DNA of 56,718 nucleotides, counting the filler, from Sphacelaria rigidula (lineage: Eukaryota): NCBI GenBank assembly GCA_964200075.2. It is 7 parts of 7 records of this genome, joined end to end, with 100 filler letters (N's around TTAATTAATTAA, not from the genome) between each part and the next. Parts side by side here need not be neighbours in the genome. Positions count along the whole stretch, not along the records: positions 8,118 to 16,134 come from CAXNAA020012626.1; positions 16,235 to 24,251 come from CAXNAA020012627.1; positions 24,352 to 32,368 come from CAXNAA020012628.1; 4 more parts are not named here. One strand, 5' to 3'. The notes beneath the pieces are model-generated. The model saw only the letters and a list, made by a program, of their open reading frames with translations, did no database searches and was not told where the DNA came from. Position 1 is the first letter of the stretch; each line of letters starts with the position of its first letter. Positions 12,305 to 24,710 of the stretch are shown one piece after another. The translations under genes and the position numbers were made by a program.

Positions 12305-14178
12305 CCGAGCAAAGGAAAACTAACACCCCACCCCCCCCCCCCCCCCCCCCCCCTACAGGAGGACAAGAGGTTGATGAACTCACTCTCCCCTGCCCTGCCC
12401 CCCACCCCCACCCGGCGTTTGGAGGTTGTGTCCCCTTTTCAACTCATAGTATGTATCTGGAAAAATCAGTATCATCAGGAGGGCAAAGAGGCAGGGTATG
12501 ATCCGGAGGTGGGGTGGAGTAGAAGGGGCAGGGTCGTGCTAAAAGTCGTACGCGTACAACTATTGAAAACAGCTAGTGTTACTTTTTAAGTTTCATCTTT
12601 CTTTTTTACGTTTGCTTAATATATATATTAATATACATCATTCACAATATTATTTTGTACCTTCCTGTGCATTATTTTTGGTACCACTTTGATAGAGATA
12701 GGTTAAGATCATGTACGAACTGTTGGTTTGCAACGGGTGGAGCGCAGTCACGGTTGAGCCGCGCTAATCTATTTACGAAGTAGTGTTTTCGTTTCGTACG
12801 TCCTTGATGGTGTGTGCAGTGGTGGTGCCATATACTGGAAACATGGGCTCCCGATTATCGGAGTTTGCAAGCCGTGGGTTCGTGTCTTGTTTTCGTTGTT
12901 GTGCGCCTTGTATCTCTGCTAAATAGTTGCGGCCTGTTGGAGCCTTTTCAAAGGATTTCGGCGAAATTAGTTAGGTGAGGTAGGGTGAGTTGACGATTTG
13001 AGGGCAATGCACGAGAGAGAGGTTGTCGGGTTTTTATCTGGCCGATGAAGATACTGCGGGTCACTTTACTAGGGCGTCGGTAGTAGCCGTCTGTTTTCAG
13101 TTAGTACTCGTCGGATCACGACGATAGGACAGGAGTCAGGGAGAAGGATAGTTTGGGGGTACATAAAGTTAGTTGCTAGTCTTTTCTTGTTTCACTTTTA
13201 TTTTGTTGTTCTTGTCTTTTTTGCCTTAGTGCAGCGTTCACAATTTTACTCTCGTCGGTAGTGGTTGTCCTATTGTTTTCGTTTTTTTTTTTTCTGGTGA
13301 CCACCTGACGATATTACGCTGTGCGCGAAAAATTGGCTCAACGGTAAAAATGTATAATGTCGAGAATCACGGTAGTACCGACCAGCGCTTCGGCAGGTCG
13401 ACTCGAGCCCCAGGCTGTTTCGCAGCTCGAACGCGAGGAGGGCCTATTGCGCCGTGTTCATTTGTGTGTGTGTCGAAGCGTTTTTCTGATGGGTGATGAG
13501 TTCATTTGCTTCTCGTCTTGATCTGACTATATATATAGGAGTAAGTGTGATCGAAATGAGGAACAAAAGACACGATCCGGCAAATACACATTTGACACGA
13601 GACATATCAAATGAAAAGCAGACTATTACGACCGCTGCTCCGCATGTTCCACCCAAAATTTCGCGGTCACCACAGGAGTCGGACATCCCATTTTCCAATT
13701 TCAGGTGGGACGGAAAGTCCTTGACGTAATAACGAGAGATGACTGTTTCATGATGCCCCCCTCCCCGGGATATGTATCTGGACGGGCGTCGTTCTTTATT
13801 CTCTTTTTGTTCAAGACAGGCCTATGGACCGCAGGCGTGAGGACACTGGGTATGTGTACATCGTAGCTTCTCACTCGGTGAAAGGGTACGGAGCGTGTGA
13901 AGACGCGACGTGGGCTTGAAAACAGAGTGACCGGATGGGGAGCCCAGACAGGGTGTCTCCAAATGAGGAGTATGACAATCCCACACTGAGGATTGGAGGA
14001 TGACGGTCCCACGGTGACAGGTCCGGGTTAACGTGCCCGGGCTTATCAGTAAGCGGGTCGGGTCATACAGAGGTCATGATCACATTGTAAGACGTAACCG
14101 TATATACACGTAGGACGAGCACGAGTACGACTCCTGGCACCCGCACTCGTTGGGCTGCTCCTTGGCCGTACAAGTTGG

Positions 14179-14390
14179 TAGGGCTAGCACTCGAGTCATT
14201 GCTCGTTGTGGAAAAAAATAATCAGGGCGAGCACTCGAGTCATTACTCGTTGTTGAAAAAATTCAAATGGCGCGCACTCGAGTCATAGCTTGTTTTGGAA
14301 AGGATTAATACGGCGAGTACTCGAGCAAGTCCCTCGTGAAGAAAATGACTCGAGCACACGAGTCATTGCTCGTGATCAACTGCTCGAAAG
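14179..14390 (+). repeat. Degenerate ~43-44 bp tandem repeat after a TAGGG start; probably a hAT-like subterminal region
   Basis: 'gcactcgagtcatt(g/a)ctcgttg' recurs at about 14187, 14231, 14274, 14317 and 14354. Confidence 0.6.
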
Positions 14391-14846
14391 GAGGAGTCAG
14401 CAATTCGATGAGCAAAACTAATCATGGTAGGTTCTTCGACGATTTTGTTGAACCTAGAATCTTCTAGTTCATATATATATGCATACCTGCAAATGCATGT
14501 ACAAGCATCAAGCTCCAAAGCTCGTTTTCATTTTATTCAAGCACCCCCCGCCCCCCACCCAGATCAGACTTCTTTTACCAAAGCGGCGGAGAATACCTCT
14601 CGAGTAGTACATAATGGGCCACCATGTTGTGCACAAACAACTTCAATGAATCGAAAACTGCTCCAAAAGGGATATCATGGCAGCAGACTCGTGTGGTACG
14701 ACACCAGCCAGACGTGAACTTCTTGCCATCACCTTCATTCTATCCACAAATAACTTGCACAACGTATAGGTAAAATATTCCGAAAAGGTGAACCATCATA
14801 ATTTCTGCATATATTGTAGAATAATAATGATAACGGATTGATTCAT

Positions 14847-15178
14847 TGATCATCATATATATAACGATATTTTCGTGAGATTGAGAGTAGTGGATACGAT
14901 TGAGGGTGAAAAACGGTCAATTAGTGAGTGAATCGTTTTAGTTCCGAAATGTCCCTCCACAGGACTCAGTTTGTTTTCTGTAATAGCTTGCCCACTGAGG
15001 CCCTTGATATCCCTGAGTAGGATATCGACCTGTAGCTGTAAGCACACGCCAGTGATGGAGGCAAAGAAAAGGAAATAAGGAATGAACAATCGGCCAAGTT
15101 AAACCGAATGATCAAAGCCACTCTCGATCAACACTCTACTCTCAATCTCACGAAAACGTTGTTATATATGCATGATCA
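14847..15178. mobile_element. MITE with ~60-bp imperfect terminal inverted repeats
   Basis: tgatcat..atatataacgatattttcgtgagattgagagtag versus ctactctcaatctcacgaaaacgttgttatatatgcatgatca. Confidence 0.65.
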
Positions 15179-15312
15179 TTTTTTTCTTGTTGCGACGGAT
15201 TGATCTATAATACAGGGTGGGTCATTTGCGTCTGTCTGTATGATGAGACGTTCTTCGCAAGTCAGAATATAGACTGGTTCACGGACAAAACCCAAGAACC
15301 ATTCATCGGCAA

Positions 15313-16010
15313 CACTTCACGACGTTTGAAGAAGTTAGACCCTGGGATCTTGCACACATGTTCTATGGATCATTACGCAACTTTCGAAGGTCGAGGCTTG
15401 CTTACTTATGAAAATTTTCACCGTTTTTCGGGGGGCTATCTTTTTCGGGGAAACGTCGATCCAGTCGGATCCCCGCCCGCAAAACGGAAGAGAAAAAACC
15501 CCGTCCATCCACAGTTGCGTAACTACCCACAGCACAATTAATTGTGCAAAATTTCAGGATCTAACTCCTCGAAATGGCGTGAAGTTTTTCGCGTTTATGC
15601 GATGGACCTTGCCGTGCCACGGTGAAACCGAAAACTACTACTACTTGGTACTACATTATTGGTGGCAAAATTGCGTTTTTGGGCCTCCGTGAACGTGGAA
15701 ATTCAAGCATCAATCAATCAAGTTTCGCCACGAAATTTTGCGAGGCTCTTTCTTGGGTTTTGCGGCGACAGGAGGTTCGCGAAGAAAATGAAAAAATATC
15801 AGAATGCCGGCTTTCCAGGGTCCCGGAATGGAGACGACTTCGAAAAAGCGACTTGGATCCCGCCGGACCCCCGAAAAATGGTGGAAAAAAGCCAAGAAGA
15901 AGTAGAAAAACCTCGTCGATCGAAACTTGCGTAATGACTCATACCACATTTGTACAAAGGTTCAGGGTCTAACCCCTAACAACTGCGTGAAAGTTTTCGC
16001 GTTTGTGCGA
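15313..16010. mobile_element. Composite MITE-like element with inverted and direct copies of an ~85-bp unit
   Basis: 15313-15400 is the approximate reverse complement of 15910-15995. 15540-15602 is a direct copy of about 15950-16010. Confidence 0.55.
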
Positions 16011-17364
16011 GAATGTGAGCTTAAAACGTGCAAACTGTCAACTACTTGATTTTATAATATTACGAGCTGGGCCAGCCTAGAGGCGGATTTGAAGTTTGCA
16101 GGCCCATGCTCTTTTATACATTTAGAGTTGGGCCNNNNNNNNNNNNNNNNNNNNNNNNNNNNNNNNNNNNNNNNNNNNTTAATTAATTAANNNNNNNNNN
16201 NNNNNNNNNNNNNNNNNNNNNNNNNNNNNNNNNNCTGACACACTTATGAGCCTCTTTTTTCGTGCAACCAAATACCCCCACCCCCCCTATCGTAGGATGA
16301 CTCTGTTGGCGGCTGCCACTGAACACTGGGAATTCGAATTTGCACAATGCATCTGATTTATGTCCTGCCTCGATTTACTGTATTTGCAGAGATGTTCGGC
16401 GTGACAGTGTGTCATTGCTAAACTCGCGCGTGCTGTGAGAACAAAAGTACTCGTGTGGATGAGTTTTACTGTTCTTCACAGTGACAAAAACAACAATGAA
16501 CTATCGGACTGTCGCCACGTCTGCCAAACAGATACCCGATGAATTCTCCGCAAGCATGGGATATGTATCGCTCTGGGCGTAGGATATGACCTGCCCCAGT
16601 GAGACAATGTCATGCAATCAATGACCGGGCCGGATACTGTTGCGCGAATGCCTTTCCGTTGGTCTGCGAGTGTGGGTGAAAGGGAACCGTCCTGCTTGAC
16701 AGCAAATATGCTCGGGCACATTCGAAAAAACATGAGGTGCATTAGTGATTGTTTTTCGAAAAGGATGCGGGTGGAAGTGTTCGAAACACTTGTTTTTCAC
16801 CACGCAGCGGGGGCGGCGCCACGGCCGTCAGCCCTGGCACACACGCTCCCTTAGATGAATCAAACGCCTGAAACATTTCGGGGTAAAATACTTTCACCTC
16901 GCACAAGGGTGACAAAAACACCTCCGATACCACGGTTCTTTCCACGCACTAAGAAAAATATCGTAGCGACAACGACGTGATCGAAGACAACACGATCATG
17001 ACTGCACTCATAAGAACCCCATCATACAGCATAGTGTACAAAAGTAGAACGTGAAAAAAAACAAAACACACGCGAGTGTGTTCACCAGATGCTCCCATCA
17101 CGCTCGAGGATACCATACAGACACATTCCTACATGTCTGCGTCCCAGCATCCTGTACCCCGCCGCCGGCGGGGCGTACTCCTTCAGCCGTCGGTTCCGCG
17201 CGCCCCAGCACCGAACCCCCTCCCCCCCACCCCCCTTCTCTCCCGCCGACTGTCCCGTATAGGCCCTGGCAGTAAGGGATGCTTCATCCATCAATGGTTC
17301 ACGAACAGAGATCGCCACGACCTCCAATCGTACCCACGACCTCCATTGGTGTCTCAGGCACACT

Positions 17365-20300
17365 TTACTCTTCTGTAGAGAGATCTTCCTCCCCTACAGC
17401 GGCTTGTGTATCCTCTTCCAAGTCTGCTTCAGCGGCTTGTGTATCCTTTTCCGAGTCTGAGGTTTGGCGAGCACCCATTCGCGCTGATCCATCTCCAGCG
17501 CGGTCACCAGCAACTGCAGCCACTGCGGCACCGAATCTCGGACACTTGTCGTTGTCAGAAATTGATCGAACATCGGCGCTGGCTCGGGCTACCGCGGCCG
17601 CCGCCCCAAACGTCGGCGGACCCCCTGTTCCATCTCTTTCCTCAGCATAACCGCCGCCGCGGGTGGCTACCTCTCCTGCCACACCATCGACCGACGGACC
17701 CTTTCTCCGGTGCGCGGCTTGTGCGCCGCCGCCGCCGCTACCTACCCCTGCCGCGCCTGCCGCGAATAAGGTAGGTGAAACCACCCTCCGATGTCCGGAC
17801 ACAACGCCGCTGGCGCTACGAGGGGCTGCCGCCGCTGTCACACCCAACGTGGGTGAAATCCATTTCCGAGGCGTGGACTCAACAGCAACACCACCGCCAC
17901 CAGAGACTGGCGTACCTGCCGCAGCAAAGATCGATGCGTCACTGTCCCGGGGCGCTGCTTCAAGATCATCATCGGGCGTTGCCATACCTTTCCCCTCCTC
18001 CGGCCGCGTTGGCTCATGAGCATGATCTTCACTCGCTTGTAACCCCAATCCTGCCCGTGGTCGTGGCCCTCCACTGTGGTCACGACAGACAGCGGGGAAT
18101 GGCGTTTGCACCGCCCGAGGCCGCTTCCCCCTCCCCGCTGGCACAATTGTATCGGCCGCCGCCGGCCGTAGTATCGCCGGGACATCAGCTGAGAGGTCGG
18201 GGTGTGACCCTTGTTTGCAGTCAACAGCAAGGTTGACCAGGTCTCTACCGACAAACGTTGAAAATGCCTCGGCTCGATGTGGCGGCATCTCTTCCACGAT
18301 GATGCGCTTCAGAAGCATAGCGAAATTGTTGACTACATCGAAGAGGAGCATATTTGTGGCGTTGGTGTCGCTGGTGATCCCTTCGTCGGAGGAGAAGTAC
18401 TCGTGTTGAAAGAAGCACAGACGATCCTCGTGCTTCCCGCGCACCAATTTCGCACACACGCCGTGCAACAATAGCAGGGCGGACTCCGGCATAATTGGGA
18501 GAGAAAATTGCCCCGGAAGCTTCGTCTCACCACAAAGAATGTGTCGCGGGTGCACGGTGTCGATTGACCTGCAGCGAAAAAAAAAGGAATGGCGGTGAAA
18601 GAGTTTCGGTTGAACGTAGGGGGCTATGCGGACCGACGGTCATGAAACTGCGCTTCATGGCGTGCTGTTGCATGGCCTTCATACGTCTTCTTTGCTTTGG
18701 GGTCGACATATCGGAGCCTGTTGGATGGATAGCAGCGGGAGGCAGGGTCGGTTTCGTGATCACCGCCAAGCTGAAATGAAGTTGTGTGTGCCCGATACCG
18801 GGCAGTACTGTCGTACTGTGCAGTGTTTGTTGTACTGTACAGTACCGTACCGCGCAGGGGGGGGGGGCAACATGGGCACTCTAGCCCCAAGTTTCTGCCG
18901 CAGATCCCTGTATTTCGGCGCCCTCTTGCGGGGAGAGCCTCATGGCGTAAGGGGTAAACGGCGGGTGCAGTGAACAGAGTGATGGCGGCGCGCGAAAGCC
19001 CGCGTGCGGCCCATGGAAATGGGCAGCGAGGGGGGGTGGTAAACGGCGTGATACATGAGCGGGTAACCCGCATGCATTATCCTGCGTTCATGCGATGCCA
19101 CAGGCATGCACAGTCGAATATGTCCCAGGTGATGCTGCGTGAGGGCTGTCGGCGCGATACTCGCGTGTGATTACAGCGGCATGGAGGAGTAAATGGTGTT
19201 GGTGACGGCATGACAGTTATGCGGGCCACGAGGTACATAGCGGAAAGAGGTGGGCATGATTACCGCTGTGGTTTCGACCACGACAAGGCACTGCCGTTTG
19301 CATAGGGGTTGGCCGTGAGAGTTCAAGCGTTTTGTAAGGTAATCGCGCGCCGTGAGGGCACAAGCTTCTGGCTTATGGCGCTTCCAGACGGGTGCAATTT
19401 GGTGTCGTTTTATCAGGGGGGTGGTTTATACCGTGACAGTGTCGACGTGTGGAGCGACCCCTTCACACATAGGCGGGTAGCGGTGCGCACGAGTGGGAGA
19501 AAGCAAGAGGAGTGGAGTGGAGGCAAGCGTGACAGTGCTGCATTACACCCTCGCGCTGTTATTGGGGTAAGCGTATGCTGTTTTCAATAGTTTTGTGCGC
19601 GACTGTGAACATCGCTGCGTGCTTGGCCTCACCTGCTCTTCGCTGCGAAGGTGTGCCTAAGGTGCGGTGCTGCACAGACAGTGCAAGTAGCCCCCTCCGC
19701 CTTGTGCTGGGCTTTCCTGCACGTGGGGAGAGCACATGATACCAACCAGTCTAGGTTGGTGTTGATTGTAGTGGTTGGATTGCGATTTGTGCGTACGTTC
19801 TTTGCCTGTGCAGCCTGTACTGCTTCATCTATTTTTAGAGCCAGTGCGAGCACCCTTCCAGCATTTCAGCCACTCTGCCCAGCTCAAGAGTCATCACGGG
19901 CGACCGGTTTTCAGCGGTCAAAGGCACTTCTTCGCCCGTGCCAACGGGTGTTTTCGTTTCCCTATGATATGAGGTCGTCGCCTTTGCGCTGTTTTGGGTT
20001 GGGGGGGGTTGCGTGATCGAGTTGTACACGAAGATACGCACGCTCAACAGACCGTGCGGTGCATGGGCCTCACCTTGTAGGGGCTCAGCTTCGAGTAGGT
20101 CTTCTGCAGACCTTGTTGTCAACGTCCCCAACCTCCACGGAAGCAGTCGTAACACCAATCACGCCGTTCTTTTTAGCAAATTCGGTCCACCTACTGTGGT
20201 GAACGTTCCACTGCCGGTGAAAGCAGCTGTCAAGACGCTGTGGTGGACCCAGGACGGCCTGTGAAAGACGTGGGTGTCCGGATTCACCCGCGTTGAACTT

Positions 20301-21345
20301 GCAGGACCCCAAGAGGACGGCCCGTAACGGCCCAAAAACCGCCGTGCAGCGCTGATGCTTACCCCCATCGTTTGACGCCGATAGGGCTCTGTTTCCAAAA
20401 CGGTTTTTTTTGCAGCCTTTGTGTGCTCCCTGCGGACCCTGTGCGAGTGTGATTTTCTACTGTTGTCGCCGTTACATGCAACGCCTTCGATGTGTTTTCT
20501 GACAGCCGTCATCTTCAAGTCCGCAGCGTACCACCTGGTTTGTGGGGGTTCTTCCCACCCACCGTGTTCACCACACACGGTAGTTGACCGTGTTATACAC
20601 GGATATTCGGCTTCTCCACTTGACAGCAGTTATCACGATATCTTTCTTTACGCAGGGGGAGCACTATACGCTGAGATATCCTTGCTGGCATGCACGCGAT
20701 GTTGGCTGAAACATGATGAAAAAAAGCGGCGGAATCACGACTTCTCTCTATTTTCAGTATAAAATTAAAAAACTACGGATCTTGAAAATATCAGACGCTA
20801 ACTACTGTAACATGGGCGGTAGTAGCCGAAGCCGAATGCCTGAGATGTTTTGACTTACTTGATTTTCAAATTTGACTCTGCTTGCTTCATACACACGATA
20901 ACCGCTCCTGTTTAGAAGGACGGTTGCCACGTGTCGTTTTTCTGCTTGATGTTGCGGATCTTCGCTTTCGCTGTTGCCCAGCGTGCCCCTGCTTTTGTAT
21001 TTACTTTGGTTTTGGTTTCTGCGCCCATGTCGGGAATTTAGCCATAAGTGTTCCAGCGTTCCTGACCCTCGAGTCTAGAACACTTGGCCTACTTTTTTTG
21101 CTAGCCCTGCCGCATGTAACCGACCTCGTTTATAGGAGGGTCACGGGTAATGCGACGCGATGATTTATACTTTGGTGATTGGTAAGTTACAACGATGCCA
21201 TCACTGGCCGCGTCGTACATAGCAGTGTTGAATAAGTGTTATTGAAGTCGCGGTATAATCGGTTGCAAGCGTCTCCTCATACAGGACCAATACATATTAT
21301 GATGAGGTAGATTGCTCTTCCGGAACTGTCCGTTCCGCCATGTCG
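17365..21345 (-). pseudogene. Multi-exon gene of unknown family with a decayed 5' half; best-preserved exons ~19465-19264, 18770-18634, 18568-17365
   Basis: Phase-compatible GT-AG junctions give ...CLVVVETTA|LGGDHETDP...FHDRR|SIDTVHPRHILCGETKLP... into a ~400-codon ORF. The upstream segments (19630-21345) look coding but carry stops and frameshifts. Confidence 0.55.
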
Positions 21346-23580
21346 ATATTCGACGGTTGGTGCAGCCTGCGGGCTCAGAGTCCGCCACTCGCTATTTTTT
21401 GCTGTCACTTTCACCAGATTTTTCACACAATTACCCGCCCCTGAAATCGGTCGGTGGTGTTTTGTTTCTATCAGGGATTATTGGACGAAGTAACGTGACG
21501 GTACGACCGGCTGGGGGTTTTACGCCAGTTTGTGTTCGGGCCAGTCTCGTTTTAGTCCGACGGGCAAATACGGTGAGGAGTGGGCTGCGTTGGTCCTCTC
21601 TGTCCTGTGTATTTGTCGTGGTTCAGAAACGTGCTGGGCGATCCGCCTCGGAACTACGCACTAGGACCGAAGGTTGTGTATCGTTCACTACGTTTCTTTT
21701 GACGTGTACGGACACCTGACCTCACGAACCGGTCGGTTGTTTTCGTATCGTCGTGTGAGAAAAACAAAATGCTGTACGGCTGGATCATCAACCAGACGTC
21801 GCAAGCGAGTCGTTGCTCTCACAAACATGTACCGACAATTCACTCACGTCGACCAGGTTGATTCGTTCGTATCATTCTATTTATTTTTATTTATCAACGT
21901 ATGGTTTTCGCGGGAAACTACCATTTCCGCGACGAAATCGGCTGAACGTTGCTGGCTTTTGCTGATTGACAGGGACGATTGATTTGCATGAAGTTGGTTG
22001 TCGGAGTGATGAAATGCCTTGGCCGGCTTGCTTGTTTTTCTACCAATGATCTAAAACAAATCGGACATCCGGAAAAGAGCGAACTATTTATTCATGATAT
22101 AGTTATGGCAGGGTAGGATTATCGTTTCAATGATAGGTCTCTGATTTCTTGTGGCTATCCCGGATATGCTCACGGTATTCTGAAGACACAGCATTTTGTG
22201 GTAGATGGTTTGATTGTTGATTTTGGGTTTTTATTTTGATTTTTTTTGGATTTCCCATGACCCCGTCCAAAGAGCTCACGGAACCTGAGGACACCAAATC
22301 ATTGTATCGGTTCGATTTTTCTTTCTCTTTGCTTTGTGCTTGTGTTTGTATTTTATCGTTTTTCTGTGTTGATCGCCCCTTCCTGTTCCCCGTACCAAAG
22401 AGGACTCGATCTTCAAATGGAGTCTCAATTTTCTGTGGTGTGGAGAGGTGTGGCTCGATGCAAGTTCGTCCCTTCTGAAAAGTGACTGCACTTGAACGAT
22501 CCAGGGTGGGCTAATGTGATGGTAAATGACTGTGTCTGAATTAAACTAGTCCTTTGGGATTTGCGGATGATCCCCAGAAACGACCGGCGGGTATGAAACG
22601 ATTTTAGTCGAATGTGCGCTTTGTAAAGTAGATATGTAAGTGTGTTTTGGATCCTTGTTGAGGAATCTGCAGACTGGTCTGTGCATTACGGCCGGGCAAC
22701 TACGCACGTTTCTCCGGGCGCTTTGATTGGCCACAGCACGGCACGTCAGGCTGATTTTGTAGTTGGATTGCTTGTATCCGATTGGCTGTATGGGGCACGC
22801 GCCCACCCAAGGCACGCGCCTTCATGAGGGTATTATGGAAAATTTTAAGCGAGGCAGGAGGTGTTGGGAACACAGCGGACCATAGCTGCTCCCCACCTCC
22901 CCCCACTTGCGATCCACCTGCCAGAGAAAGGCTTACCGTAGAAACTAATCACAAGAAAGACCACCAGTTTTCATCTGCTCTACGCGACTTCTCATTCTCA
23001 GGCCGGCAAGCCGTGGCAAGCCAACGAGAGTGAGTCACGTGTAACATGCCCCTTTTGTGCCCTTTTGCGTTTCCTTTATTGAAAGAGCTCGGTGCTTACT
23101 TCAATAACAGCTGTCTGCTGTTGACGAGTGCCGTGTGTGAGAGAACCCTACTGCTTGAGTTAACGAGTCGAAAACAGGACTAGTGGGTCACATTCTCATC
23201 TACCTTGGGGTGTGGCTTGCTCTGCTAACGAATACTTCGACATAGGCGTGTGGACATACACTCGTAATCAGTGTGCTGGATCTCTATTTAGCAAAAGCTG
23301 TTGAGAGTTATTCATCCTTTAACCCATGTATACATGGACTGGGGGGCAAAACGATGAACTACTTTCAACAATTGTTTCCGCGTGACGGATTCCATACGCT
23401 GATGACGGTGCAGTATGCAGGATATGCCCAGCTGACGCTGTTCACAATACATCTCTTTTTGCCCAATTTCTGGACGATGAATTCGAGGACAACGTGAAGA
23501 TTTATTTCGAGCTTGTTCCGCTGTTCAATTTCCAACTCTGCCAGTGTTCATGGAATTTGCGCGGCAGAAAAACATATCTG

Positions 23581-23708
23581 AAATAGATCCTTTTTTCGCC
23601 CAACTTCAATGGGCGAAAAAAGGATCTATTTTGAAAAGGTTCTTATGCTGTTCGAAACAAATCTTGTTTTTGCCCAAACAAATTGGGCGAAAAAAGGATC
23701 TGTTTTGA
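23581..23708. repeat. Two tandem hairpin units; the first is a perfect 22-bp stem with a 7-nt loop
   Basis: aaatagatccttttttcgccca-acttcaa-tgggcgaaaaaaggatctattt (23581-23631); degenerate second copy at 23654-23708. Confidence 0.85.
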
Positions 23709-23941
23709 ATAGCTTGTCTTGCTGTCCGAGCAGGAGAAGATATTAATATATATATATACCAAAATAATTTGAAATTTCCAAAATTGGAAAGGTCTCTCCA
23801 CAGGGTTGCTTGCAGAGTTTCGACAAAAACGTCATGAAAAAATATTTTACAGGTACTAGGGTTTGCAAATGCTGCACAGGGGTTTTCACAAAGACTGTGG
23901 AGAACCCTGTGCAGACAGGGTGCTATTTGTCCACGTGTGTA

Positions 23942-24122
23942 GTACTGAGAGTGCTTACTCAATATTTGAGTAGAGTATTGGAGGTCGTACTCGATCTACT
24001 CATATTTTGAGTAGAGTATGTGAGGCCGTGCTCGATCTACTAAAAAATTGAGTAGAGTGCTTGAGGCCGTACTCTATCTACTTGAAAATTGAGTGAAGTA
24101 TTTGAGGCCGTGCTCGACCTAC
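23942..24122 (+). repeat. ~41-bp tandem repeat (about 4.5 units) with an internal ctactca/tgagtag palindrome
   Basis: 'gt(a/g)ctcgatctact.a.a..ttgagtagagt..ttgaggcc' repeats back to back without spacers. Confidence 0.85.
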
Positions 24123-24209
24123 TACTGCTACTACTGCTAGTACTAGTACTACTAGTACTACTAGTACTACTACTAGTAGTAGTACTACTACTACTAGTAG
24201 TAGTAGTAG

Positions 24210-24251
<42 letters not shown>
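24120..24251 (+). repeat. (CTA)/(GTA) trinucleotide microsatellite at scaffold end
   Basis: Direct reading. Confidence 0.95.
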
Positions 24252-24351
24252 NNNNNNNNNNNNNNNNNNNNNNNNNNNNNNNNNNNNNNNNNNNNTTAAT
24301 TAATTAANNNNNNNNNNNNNNNNNNNNNNNNNNNNNNNNNNNNNNNNNNNN

Positions 24352-24430
24352 AGACGGAGCACCGTTCCTACTCCTAATAGAGACACCTCCAACATTCTGG
24401 CGCTCATTACTTTCTTTCCGTAACTCATTA
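24352..24430 (-). mobile_element. LINE 'family A' 3'-region fragment
   Basis: Matches 31300-31370 (agacggagcaccgttcctactcctaata.aga.acctccaac.ttc.ggcgctcat). Confidence 0.8.
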
Positions 24431-24464
24431 CGGAGAGGGGCGGGGGGGGAGGGGGGAGGTCAGT

Positions 24465-24710
24465 TACTCATGAATTTTGCATGCCGTGATCATGTGACCG
24501 TTGACCTCGCATCCCTGCAAGGCCGTCGAGCACACCGGGTTTTCGCCGGACCAGACTCGCAATCAATCACCAAGCGCGAAGCGCCGTGGTGTGCTCGGCG
24601 AGTCGCGTGAAGGGTGAGCTGCATCCTGCTAAGATTGTCCGGCCCGAAGCTTACTGATTATCTTGCATTTAGATGACAGTCTCTCCAAGGAGTTGCTGCA
24701 GTTTCTGGTG
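24465..24710 (-). mobile_element. Family B copy in minus orientation, C-rich tail at about 24432-24460
   Basis: Reverse complement aligns with 9040-9296. Confidence 0.8.

Noticed and set aside
13808-14172. Possible solo LTR (TGT...ACA, 365 bp)
   Set aside because: No target-site duplication, PBS, PPT or second copy is visible.
14179-14390. CRISPR-like 43-44 bp periodic repeat
   Set aside because: The intervening sequences resemble each other and decay progressively, which fits a transposon subterminal tandem repeat.
16400-16620. Minus-strand 'EFIGYLFGRRGDSPIVHCCF' and 'KTHPHEYFCS', reminiscent of a JAB/MPN domain
   Set aside because: The motifs are in different frames with stops and the JAMM spacing is not matched.
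23942-24122. CRISPR-like array of palindromic ~41-bp units
   Set aside because: The units are contiguous with no unique spacers, there are no cas genes, and the context is eukaryotic.
24089-24307. Poly-Leu/Val 'transmembrane' ORF (also the poly-Ile ORF 56342-56527 and YVCM-repeat ORFs near 26080)
   Set aside because: These are translations of microsatellites.
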